Part shown: positions 9,019 to 18,154 of the stretch, piece by piece
Numbering within the stretch: position 1 is the stretch's first letter
Layout: every line of letters begins with the position of its first letter
Position numbers and translations under genes: made by a program
The notes under the pieces: model-generated
Database searches by the model: none
Told to the model about the DNA's origin: nothing
What the model saw: the letters and a program-made list of their open reading frames with translations, nothing else
Virus record (IMG/VR): IMGVR_UViG_3300020045_008546
Coordinates: 1 to 64,000 of that record
Strand: one strand, 5' to 3'
Source: a virus
Length of the DNA: 64,000 nt

Positions 9019-9531
9019 CTATCTGAAACCGAATATTTTTTTAATCCAAGATCGTTTATGAGTACAAGAATCTACTTTAACTTCTGGCATATTTAAGTTA
9101 GCTTCTAGTTTAACTGAATCACCACTAGGAATAGGTTGAATTATTTTAGATTCAGCAATTAAAAGAGAATCGTAACGTAATTTTGAAAGAGTATTAGATA
9201 AAAGTATATTCTGATTAACAAGTATCTTTCTATTACTATTGATTATTCCAGTTACTTTTTTGCTAGCCTCGGTTCCTTCTGGAATTTTATCTATCTTTAA
9301 GTTGAAAGAATCTAGTTTTGATTGAATAATAGAGGAATCATTTTTAATTGGCAAAGTAAGATTAGTAAACCTCTTTTTATTTGGAGATTCAATACTTAAT
9401 GTCTGAGAAGATACTATTACCTTGGGATTGCCTATGATCGCCGTTAAGATGAAAATAGTTATCATTATAACATCTATTTTAAGGAATCGCAATTGATTTC
9501 GAGACATTATTAATTTGTTTTGTGATCTCAT
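9019..9531 (-). CDS. Single-TM membrane protein, possible lysis accessory
   Basis: Hydrophobic stretch VIMITIFILTAIIG; overlaps the upstream TM gene. Confidence 0.4.
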   Translation of the reverse strand: MRSQNKLIMSRNQLRFLKIDVIMITIFILTAIIGNPKVIVSSQTLSIESPNKKRFTNLTLPIKNDSSIIQSKLDSFNLKIDKIPEGTEASKKVTGIINSNRKILVNQNILLSNTLSKLRYDSLLIAESKIIQPIPSGDSVKLEANLNMPEVKVDSCTHKRSWIKKIFGFR

Positions 9532-9898
9532 GATTTCTCTTTAAGAGTTTCCTATTACTTTGTGTGGCGTTTAATCTTTCTTGATCTGCTTCTTCTCTTG
9601 CGTCTAATTTTTCTTGCAACTTAGCATTAGCCATGTTTAAAAGCTCAATGAATTTATCTCTGCTTTTATCATTGTCTAATCTACATTCAGATAGACTTAC
9701 TTGGAATACTTTATTAAGGCTATCTTCCCTTAAACTTTGTAAGCGATCCACTTGTTCTAACCTTCCTTCTAACACAGTTATTCTTGCTTCGGATTTATTT
9801 GAAATGTATATCATCCCCATTATTCCGGCAAGTAAAAGTGTTATATTTAAACTTCTCGGAGGTAAAGAAGTAAGATACTTAATTATATTCCAGTTCAT
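9479..9898 (-). CDS. TM plus coiled-coil protein, possible i-spanin or holin-like
   Basis: N-terminal TM (ITLLLAGIMGMIYI) followed by a long coiled coil. Confidence 0.4.
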   Translation of the reverse strand: MNWNIIKYLTSLPPRSLNITLLLAGIMGMIYISNKSEARITVLEGRLEQVDRLQSLREDSLNKVFQVSLSECRLDNDKSRDKFIELLNMANAKLQEKLDAREEADQERLNATQSNRKLLKRNHEITKQINNVSKSIAIP

Positions 9899-10098
9899 CC
9901 AAACGCTGAATTAAAGATACTAAAAATCTATTCCATATATTCGTAATTATCTAGTTTACAGTATAATTACGTAATTTTACGTATACTAAATTTATTAAAA
10001 GGTAATAGATTTTAAAGTCCTATTTTTACCTTTGCTTATATTGATACATAGTGTGTAAATTTTGCCCTATAAAAATACTTATTATCGCATAGTTACTT

Positions 10099-11151
10099 TT
10101 AACTAGCCAAAGGAGTATTGAAATATTTTTCAACAGATTCAAATCCTATTTTAATTCTTTTCTCAATCCATTCTTTTGATGGGTCTAATGTTTTACCTAA
10201 AACAGAATTGCCTAATTCGTCCGTTTCAACTTCTACATTATTCAATTGAGCGTATACTATTTTTTCGCCTATTCTGACATTCTCATATTTAAAGGCAATG
10301 TCATTCCATTTAGTAGTAGCCCGGATATCGCGTGAAAAGCCCTCGTTTAATAATATATCTATTGATAAACCGGCTTGTTTAATTAAATTTTTCTTACCTT
10401 CGTCTATTGTCTGTTTAATAGTATTACAGTTCATCGCCCATACAATATGATCGAATGAAGTTGTAATATTAGCGTAAGCCAAAGCAAGAGGCGACGAACT
10501 TCTGAGGCCTCCATCCACAGCATCATAAATATAACTTCCGTCTTTTAATTGAATCTTTTCAATAGGTTTCCAGAGAAAAGGAATAGTACTTGAAGCAGTT
10601 AGTGCAAGAGCTAAATCTTTATCAGTTTTAAATGACTTATGACTAAGATTGTAAAGTGATCCATCCCGTAAAGAGACAAGCGTAAAAAACATAGGAATCT
10701 GAAACTCTGATTCTTTTACGTGTTGAAGTAACAATTCTTGTAATGGCGAATTATCCATTACGCTTTCTATTTCATTGAAATTTTTACCTACTCTTTTAAT
10801 AAAACCACTACGCCCTTTTTTAGTAAGTAATCTTATTTTATCAAAAACATCAACGCCTGATAATAAAACATCTTCAATTTTATCAGCATCTATTTGAACG
10901 CCTCCATCTTTTAATTGAGCTAAATATCCTTTGGTAATAATATCTCCATTCCCATCACCAACTTTATCCCATAAATCAAATAGAAGATCATATTTCTTCA
11001 TAGATATAAGAGCCGAGTTTAAAGTCCCCACACTTGTAGAGGTCAATAAAACCGGCTCTATATTCCTTGATAAAAAACTTTTTATTGCCCCCACTTGCAC
11101 AGCCCCTCGGAAGCCTCCGCCGGGATTCACGAGCACATGTTTCATTTCCAT
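10099..11151 (-). CDS. Patatin-like phospholipase
   Basis: PGGGFRGA oxyanion loop, STSVG nucleophile elbow, ASSTIP and DGG motifs. Confidence 0.9.
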   Translation of the reverse strand: MEMKHVLVNPGGGFRGAVQVGAIKSFLSRNIEPVLLTSTSVGTLNSALISMKKYDLLFDLWDKVGDGNGDIITKGYLAQLKDGGVQIDADKIEDVLLSGVDVFDKIRLLTKKGRSGFIKRVGKNFNEIESVMDNSPLQELLLQHVKESEFQIPMFFTLVSLRDGSLYNLSHKSFKTDKDLALALTASSTIPFLWKPIEKIQLKDGSYIYDAVDGGLRSSSPLALAYANITTSFDHIVWAMNCNTIKQTIDEGKKNLIKQAGLSIDILLNEGFSRDIRATTKWNDIAFKYENVRIGEKIVYAQLNNVEVETDELGNSVLGKTLDPSKEWIEKRIKIGFESVEKYFNTPLAS

Positions 11152-11283
11152 ATCTTTCCCCTCTATCTATCTCACTATACAAACATAATCACCTAGTTAC
11201 AAATGTACTAAGATTAAGGTATTAATAAAAGTGAAATATTTTGACTGAAAAGTGATGTTTTAAAAATAAATTTGTAATAAGTA

Positions 11284-11347
11284 TTGTATATTAAAATAAT
11301 ATATTACCTTTGTTTATGTCCTCAACAAAGAGGGCGTTTAAACAAAA
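11284..11347 (+). promoter_or_regulatory. Conserved phage promoter plus 5' hairpin, copy 1
   Basis: TTGTATATTAAAATAATATA, TACCTTTG, hairpin with AACAAA loop, AAACAAAA; recurs at 48283-48342(-) and 54218-54280. Confidence 0.75.
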
Positions 11348-11352
11348 AGGTG

Positions 11353-11568
11353 ATGGAAGTGAAATACAAAGTAGGGACTAAATTTATTCCAATTTCAAAA
11401 AGAAAAGATACTCATACAATTATTGACATTTACACTACAAGGAATCTAAACAATGATATAATTGAAATTGAATACGCTTGTCAACATCAATTCATGAAAC
11501 AAATAGTAAATTCAAGGGTTATAAGAACTACGATTGATAGGGCGCAAATTATTTTCTTGCCAGAATAA
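11353..11568 (+). CDS. Hypothetical protein (start MEVKYKVG)
   Basis: ATG directly downstream of the conserved promoter/hairpin. Confidence 0.65.
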   Translation: MEVKYKVGTKFIPISKRKDTHTIIDIYTTRNLNNDIIEIEYACQHQFMKQIVNSRVIRTTIDRAQIIFLPE

Positions 11569-11786
11569 AAAGGTACTTATAAATACATAAGAAAAACATC
11601 AATTAAAGCATAATAAAGGTCTTTTTTGAGATTTTAAACCAATATGACATTATCGCCACAGTTGAATGAGATATGTGCCTAGGCAATCCACTAATAATAA
11701 AAAAAATATTATCTAACCCATCTTAGTATTTGCTATTGCGTAATATATATTGTATCTTTAAGTCATTACAAATATATAATATACAG

Positions 11787-12260
11787 ATGGATAAACCATA
11801 CATAAAGCAAGTGAAAACAAATAAGATTAGAGTATTCGATCCTGAAAATATTTCTAATGATGAGATTTTAACAGAAGGTCAAGAATTTGAAATGATCAAG
11901 GAATATGCGGTATTCAATAAGGCTGATGAGTTCCTTAGAGTTTACACTAGAATTCAAGGCGTTATTTTTGATCTAACGGAAACGGGAATTAAAACTTTCT
12001 TAGCTATCTCAATTTCTAATTACGGAAAGGATAATAAAATAATTCTGGTTAAGTCAGTTAAAGAAGAATTGGCTAAGATTATTAAATGTTCGTTGCCAAC
12101 AATTGAAAAGGGCATAAAAGAATTAGTTGAGAAATCTTTATTATCCCGGTCAGCTACTTCAACCTATTTAATTAACCCTGATTTGGTTTATTCGAAAACT
12201 GACAAGGAACGAGAAAAAGAGATTGTATACAATATTCTACTAAAATATAAAGGTAAATAA
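11787..12260 (+). CDS. RepL-like winged-helix protein
   Basis: ELAKIIKCSLPTIEKGIKELVEKSLL...YLINPDLVY resembles the RepL family HTH. Confidence 0.7.
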   Translation: MDKPYIKQVKTNKIRVFDPENISNDEILTEGQEFEMIKEYAVFNKADEFLRVYTRIQGVIFDLTETGIKTFLAISISNYGKDNKIILVKSVKEELAKIIKCSLPTIEKGIKELVEKSLLSRSATSTYLINPDLVYSKTDKEREKEIVYNILLKYKGK

Positions 12261-12617
12261 TTTAAAAAACTATGATGAATCAATTAATGCAAGATGTTTT
12301 AATGTGGGCTTTAACTATATCTTTGTCAATTGTACTAATAGGAAGTTCGATATATGCTGTTATAGCTATTCATAATATGATAAAAGCTGATAATGACAGA
12401 TGGAAAGATCATAAATCTAAATTTAAAAACTATGGATAAAAAAACTAACCAAATTAGTTGCACACACAAACGCAATGAATAGTATTTGTATATCATGCGC
12501 TATATGCAATCAAGGTATACCTGTTGATTATAAATTTATTGGCGTTGGAATTCAAATCTGTTCTGAATGTAAAAGTGATTTAAGAGAATATGTATTAACT
12601 AAACGAAAAGAAAAACA

Positions 12618-12779
12618 ATGAAAAAACTATTAACACTATTTATCATCCTTGTTTTATCATCATGTGAGAAACAAGAAATAAACACTGAGATTGAAAAGTC
12701 AGAAGTGGGGTATGTACAATTGGAAATTCAAATGCTTTCGGGAGAAGTAGAAACAACTCAAATATTATCACTGAAATGA
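12618..12779 (+). CDS. Small lipoprotein (53 aa; not in ORF track)
   Basis: MKKLLTLFIILVLSS-CEKQE: lipobox followed by charged residues. Confidence 0.65.
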   Translation: MKKLLTLFIILVLSSCEKQEINTEIEKSEVGYVQLEIQMLSGEVETTQILSLK

Positions 12780-13655
12780 AAGACTTACTAAGAGGTGATT
12801 TGGTTAGAGATTCAGAAAGCGGCAATGTTTATAGTTTTATAACAATGTTCAGGGATTTGTATTTAGTTACTAATGCCGGAATAAATGAACACCCAGAACA
12901 CTATTACTTTTTTGCTCTAAATAAAGTTGAGTGTATTGAGCCTAAAAGTGGAGATATGGTTTATACTATTGATAATTATGGGCAAAAGAGTCATTGGGCA
13001 TCAGAGTTTATTGGTAAACACGGAGAATTATATGTCTTATATGTAGGAGAAAATGGAGGTAGTGATCCATATTTTACATCTGAAAAAGTAGTTGTTGCTA
13101 ATATAAAGTTCCATGGAGAAACCCCCACCGAAAAATGAATTACTCGTTAAAACAAACTTTAAAAAGTAGTTTCAAATGGTTCTTTATTTTAGTTGGATGT
13201 GTCGCCTTATTTTACGGATGTGATTATTTGGAAGAATTAACTTATCCTGATAGAAATTGGAATTTAAATGTTCATTACTGTAACGGACAATCAGAAATAA
13301 TATCATATGTGTGTGATCAATATCCTGACATAAAAACTATTCACGAATCTGTACCAATTTTATACACTTGTTATAGTTCCAGAAGATTGAATGTTTGCAG
13401 TTTTGAAGTTATATCTAACGAACCTATCAAAAAATGAAAATAATAATCGCCATAATTTTAAGTTTAATACTATTCGTTTTAATATTGGCTTGTTATATTA
13501 CAGCAGATAACAACGACAAGATATTAGACTTAATGATTGAAATGGGGGACGAATTTAACCAAAACGGAATGACTGAAAAATATCATTTATGTGATATTAA
13601 AATTAAAAAATTACAAGAGGAAAATAATACTATCTATAACAAATTAAGTTTCTAA
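12776..13655 (+). CDS. Three hypothetical genes (12776-13138, 13135-13437, 13434-13655); last two membrane-anchored
   Basis: ATGA-coupled ORFs; hydrophobic N-termini in the latter two. Confidence 0.65.
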
Positions 13656-13658
13656 AAA

Positions 13659-14528
13659 ATGAAAAAATTACTATTATTTATTTTAACGCCTTTTATTATC
13701 AATGCTCAGACATTAACTGTTTCGAGTGACATAACTTTAACAACTGGAAATTACGGTGTCGTAGAAGTTAAAAATGGGGCAAAGATTACTATTGACGGTG
13801 ATGTGACATTTGGGAATATTAATCCTTTGAATAGTTCGTCTGTAAGTATTACAACTACAACAAAAGGCGTTCTTCATTTAACATCATCATTAAATATGAA
13901 CGGGAATTATACTTTTACTAACAATGGTAAATTATATAGTTCAAATGTTGAAATGCAAAACGGAACTACTGTTTTTAATAATTACGGTGAACATATTGTA
14001 TCAGGAGATATTCAGATAACCTCCTTAGGTAGCAAATATTCCAATTGTGGGACACTTAAAGTATCTAACTTTACAAATATTCATCAAGGTTATTATAGTG
14101 CTTGTAATTGCGGCATTTTAGAAACTAATGGATTAAATGTTAATTCAGCTAATCATGTAAGCGGAAAAGGATCTATCAAAGTAACTGGAAATTTAAACCT
14201 TAATAATTCACTAACTACGGATAATACGATACTTTTCTGCTATAATGGTAATATTAATCAACCTCAAAATCTAGGCGCGTCTATTCGTACTTGCGATAAT
14301 ACTTGTACACCAACGCCTTTAAATTTAAAGTATTCTGATTTAAAAGTTACTAAGGTTGATAATAAAAAATACGCTTTAACATTCAGAGTTTTAGAGAACA
14401 CATCTGTCAAAGAAGCAAGATTAAAGTTCTCTACGGATGCTAAAAACTGGACTGTTATAAAAGTTATTCAATCAAAAGAATTTTTAGTAGGTAAAGTATA
14501 TAAAGCTGAGTTTAGTATTTTCAACTAA
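13659..14528 (+). CDS. Secreted beta-solenoid-like protein resembling Bacteroidota surface proteins
   Basis: Signal peptide MKKLLLFILTPFIINA-Q; Asn/Gly-rich repeats; C-terminal Ig-like segment (PLNLKYSDL...FSTDAKNWT). Confidence 0.55.
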   Translation: MKKLLLFILTPFIINAQTLTVSSDITLTTGNYGVVEVKNGAKITIDGDVTFGNINPLNSSSVSITTTTKGVLHLTSSLNMNGNYTFTNNGKLYSSNVEMQNGTTVFNNYGEHIVSGDIQITSLGSKYSNCGTLKVSNFTNIHQGYYSACNCGILETNGLNVNSANHVSGKGSIKVTGNLNLNNSLTTDNTILFCYNGNINQPQNLGASIRTCDNTCTPTPLNLKYSDLKVTKVDNKKYALTFRVLENTSVKEARLKFSTDAKNWTVIKVIQSKEFLVGKVYKAEFSIFN

Positions 14529-14548
14529 AAAATAAAACAACTAGACAA

Positions 14549-15304
14549 ATGAAAGATGAATTAGGGGATAGAATGAAATCCCATTACGAAAGTAGAGCAA
14601 AAGTATTTTTACCAAGAAGGTCATATACATTGATTAGAGTTGACGGGAAAGCCTTTCATACTTACACTAAGGGATTGTCTAGTCCATTTGATGAGGCACT
14701 AATGGAAGACATGGATAATACAGCCGCTTATCTTTGTAAGAACATTATGAATGCTAAATTTGCCTTTGTTCAATCAGATGAAATTAGTATTTTAATCACA
14801 GACTTTGAAGATCAGAATACACAAAGTTGGTTTGATAATAACTTGCAAAAAATGTGTAGCGTATCCGCATCAATGGCAACATCTAAATTCAATCACCTAC
14901 GATTTGCAAGAAATTTTGGGTACATGGGATTAGAAGAAGTAGAAAAATTTAAATTAGCTGAATTTGATAGTAGAGTATTCCAAATACCACAGAAAACAGA
15001 AGTTGAAAATTATTTTATTTGGAGGCAACAAGACACTGTAAGAAATAGTATTCAATCCACTGGTCAATCACTTTATTCTGCGAAAGAGTTGCACGGTAAA
15101 AATATGAGTGAATTGCAAGAGATGATTTTTCAAAAAGGCGTAAATTGGAATGACTTTGAGCCTAAATTTAAAAGAGGGCGTATGATAGTAAAAGAATCAT
15201 ATCAGAAAGAAGAATCTATTCGCACAAGATGGGTTTCAATTGAAGTTCCAATATTTACACAAGAAAGAAATTTTCTATCTGATAAAATAGGAGATAATAT
15301 TTAA
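14549..15304 (+). CDS. thg1: tRNA(His) guanylyltransferase / Thg1-like 3'-5' polymerase
   Basis: IRVDGKAFHTYT, FVQSDEISIL, FDSRVF, YFIWRQQD motifs. Confidence 0.95.
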   Translation: MKDELGDRMKSHYESRAKVFLPRRSYTLIRVDGKAFHTYTKGLSSPFDEALMEDMDNTAAYLCKNIMNAKFAFVQSDEISILITDFEDQNTQSWFDNNLQKMCSVSASMATSKFNHLRFARNFGYMGLEEVEKFKLAEFDSRVFQIPQKTEVENYFIWRQQDTVRNSIQSTGQSLYSAKELHGKNMSELQEMIFQKGVNWNDFEPKFKRGRMIVKESYQKEESIRTRWVSIEVPIFTQERNFLSDKIGDNI

Positions 15305-15310
15305 AAAATA

Positions 15311-15340
15311 ATCCCGTAGTTAAATTAATAGCTACGGGAT
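15311..15340. terminator. Bidirectional terminator
   Basis: ATCCCGTAG...CTACGGGAT between convergent genes. Confidence 0.8.
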
Positions 15341-15349
15341 AAATATTTT

Positions 15350-17548
15350 TTATTCAATTTTTACTTTTATTTGTTTATCTAATCCACCCCCTGAATTTTT
15401 CCAAGTGTCCCAATATCCCTGAGTTCCAGAATACGAAGTGATTTTCCATGAAAATGGATCTCCCTGTGGTGTTGAAGTGATTTCTTTTTTCTGAATGTAA
15501 TCTTTTTGAAGTGAGTACAAAGCAGGAGCCAAGTCGTTAATATTATTTCTGCGTCCTCCATCGCCGGAAGAGAATGCCATTGAAAGGAAAAGATAATCAG
15601 CTCCTCTTTCAAATCCCGATTTTGCATATTTCAAAAACAATCCGGAATTTATTGGTGTTCCATATTTACTATTTCCTTCTGCACTAATATCTTCTGGATC
15701 AAACTCAAATGCAACTTTAGAATTTGGGAATGTTCCTCGGTTAACATCAATAGCAAATATCTTTCTATCCAGATCATAGATTGTGCCGCCGTCAGAACTG
15801 TATACACCGTCGTTTCCTGCGAATATTTTATTAAGTGGATATGTTCCAATCCAGGCACTTTGAGCCGCACCAGCATCGGGGTATACGCCCATAGAAAACC
15901 CGCCACCGGCTTGAATCCCTTTCCTAAAAGCCTCCTGAACATTAGTAAGACCTTGCGACATAAAATTGTACCAAGCCTTTCCAATTGGGGAGCTGTTCCA
16001 GAAATTGCCGGTATCCCATGCGTTATTAGGATTTGGGGATATAGGGGCCGGAGCGTCAGGTAATCCACGAGAAGCAAGGTAAATCTTCCAAGCGGCTCGA
16101 TCTACTGGAGCATAACTGGTAAGACCTATCGTGGTCGCCCAAATGCTTCCATCACTTTGAAGGTCAAAGCGCTTCATGGTGGGCATAAAAACTTCTTCAG
16201 TTTCGCCATAACCGCTTCTGATCGGAACCTTAAAACCCTGATACTTTACAAGGACCTGAGCTAAATGCTTGGTGGCATTCTCTAGTTTGGCAAGAGCAAG
16301 CCAAGAGTTGGGGGCTAGTGTATATTTATTGTTTTCAATAACGAAAAGGCTATCAACCACGTTCCCCCATTGATCACGAACACCACCAGCATGCGCCATA
16401 TCGGAACGAGGCAGGAAATTATCTTTCAGCTCTCGGTAAGGCCAAAAGAAAACGTACATTTTTAGGTTTCTAGCCTTACACCAGTTTATGGCATCAATCA
16501 GCTTGTCGTCGCGAAATTGACCTTCTTTTGGCTCGTAATCATACCATCGTACAGTTAACGTAACTGCATTAATCCCGGAAAATTTCTCCCCGTTATATTG
16601 CAAGCTTTGGAAATTATCAATACGGTCACGCCAGTCTTTATTGATACCCGTAATATCATTAATATCCCAACCATAGCCGGTCATGTTCATTATGATATTT
16701 CTATCAGAGGCAACAATAGTCGGAGGAACTACAACAGGAGGAGTTACAGCTCCGGTGTTATCGGATATAGAAAAAGGAACTTCAACAGGAGCTTGCGTGC
16801 AATTTATAGCAGTAAGCCTTATTTTATAATTGCCGTTGGCTTGTTCATTAAATGGAAAGAACAGCGTATTGCTAGTAGGATTATAAGAAGTGCTTTTTAT
16901 TGTAACATTTGCATTGTTAACTAATTCTAAGGTTAATGCGGTTAAATTCTCAGCATCAAATTTTACATATACACTAGATTTTGTGACATTGCTAATTACA
17001 AATGATATTTGTTTTGTACAGTTAGGTAGTACAACAACGGGCGGAGATGTATCAGAAGAAATAGTAAACTGTCTAGTTGATTTTCCAGTACAATTTAATC
17101 CTTCAAATGTTAAAGTATAAACACCTGATTTTAGTGGCGTTGGGAATTTAATAACAGGTTGATTATTTGTAGGAACCAGACTATCTACAATTAAAACATT
17201 ATCACCATTTATAGTATACTTTATTTTAAATACATCTTGCCCGTCAAATTTAGGTGTTATACTTGTTGAAGTTATCGCACTAATGCCTAGTATCTTCGGG
17301 CCTCTCTTGCATGTATCCATTACAGGGACTACAACAACTGGATTACCCTTGCTATTTGAAAGGCTATCAATCTTTTTTTGTTGAGCCGCTATTTGTGATT
17401 TAAGGCTAGAAACATCACTCTTAACTCCATTAATTTGCGCTTGTGTTGCGAAATCAGAAAAGTCAACAGTAGGGAATACTGTTCCGGGCTTTAATTGCGC
17501 TTGACAATAACTAGAAAAGATGAGTAATAAAAAAAGTAACTTTTTCAT
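15350..17548 (-). CDS. Secreted protein with Ig/Fn3-like modules and a clan GH-A-like TIM-barrel glycoside hydrolase domain
   Basis: Signal peptide ...CQA-Q; GINAVTLTVRWYDYEPKEGQF...KLIDAINWCKARNLK resembles GH42/GH35-type N-terminal motifs. Confidence 0.6.
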   Translation of the reverse strand: MKKLLFLLLIFSSYCQAQLKPGTVFPTVDFSDFATQAQINGVKSDVSSLKSQIAAQQKKIDSLSNSKGNPVVVVPVMDTCKRGPKILGISAITSTSITPKFDGQDVFKIKYTINGDNVLIVDSLVPTNNQPVIKFPTPLKSGVYTLTFEGLNCTGKSTRQFTISSDTSPPVVVLPNCTKQISFVISNVTKSSVYVKFDAENLTALTLELVNNANVTIKSTSYNPTSNTLFFPFNEQANGNYKIRLTAINCTQAPVEVPFSISDNTGAVTPPVVVPPTIVASDRNIIMNMTGYGWDINDITGINKDWRDRIDNFQSLQYNGEKFSGINAVTLTVRWYDYEPKEGQFRDDKLIDAINWCKARNLKMYVFFWPYRELKDNFLPRSDMAHAGGVRDQWGNVVDSLFVIENNKYTLAPNSWLALAKLENATKHLAQVLVKYQGFKVPIRSGYGETEEVFMPTMKRFDLQSDGSIWATTIGLTSYAPVDRAAWKIYLASRGLPDAPAPISPNPNNAWDTGNFWNSSPIGKAWYNFMSQGLTNVQEAFRKGIQAGGGFSMGVYPDAGAAQSAWIGTYPLNKIFAGNDGVYSSDGGTIYDLDRKIFAIDVNRGTFPNSKVAFEFDPEDISAEGNSKYGTPINSGLFLKYAKSGFERGADYLFLSMAFSSGDGGRRNNINDLAPALYSLQKDYIQKKEITSTPQGDPFSWKITSYSGTQGYWDTWKNSGGGLDKQIKVKIE

Positions 17549-17552
17549 GTGG

Positions 17553-18080
17553 TTATTCAGATTTGATTGTGATAATCTTTTTCACTGTTAATTGCAATAG
17601 GCACTCATAACCGTCTAATTCAAATTCACGGTCAAATAAATTTACTTTCTTTTTTTCGCCTGACAATAATTCTGCGTAGTCTTTATCAACTATTTCGATT
17701 GGCTTAATTTCAGAAGTTATTTCTTTTTCCCAAAGTTCACTTTCTTCTTTTTGTTTCTTTTTAATCTCTTCACTTTTTTTAATTTCTATTTGAAGATCAT
17801 AGTCAGCTTTTGCTTGAATTGGTTTAATTTCTTCTTCGCTTAATCCTTCTGTATCTTTTTCGAATTGTTCAACCAAAGGATTTTTAATTTCATCCACTAA
17901 TTCGTTAATCTTAGCCTTGATACTTTTAAGTTTATCGCCAATTTCAGAATCAATTTCATACAAAGCGTTATCTGCTAAAATAGATATTTGGCTATCGGCT
18001 TTAAATCCCATTTTCTTATAAAGCGGGATAATCGTAGAATAAATAGCAATAAGTCTTAAATCACTGTATTTCAAAGTCAT
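17553..18080 (-). CDS. Hypothetical acidic coiled-coil protein following the large tail gene
   Basis: ORF; probable start MTLKYSDL. Confidence 0.6.
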   Translation of the reverse strand: MTLKYSDLRLIAIYSTIIPLYKKMGFKADSQISILADNALYEIDSEIGDKLKSIKAKINELVDEIKNPLVEQFEKDTEGLSEEEIKPIQAKADYDLQIEIKKSEEIKKKQKEESELWEKEITSEIKPIEIVDKDYAELLSGEKKKVNLFDREFELDGYECLLQLTVKKIITIKSE

Positions 18081-18154
18081 AAAATAAAAATTATGTTTAG
18101 TTTCAATCAAATTTACCAAAAAATAATATACTTAACAAGTTATTTATCAACTTA

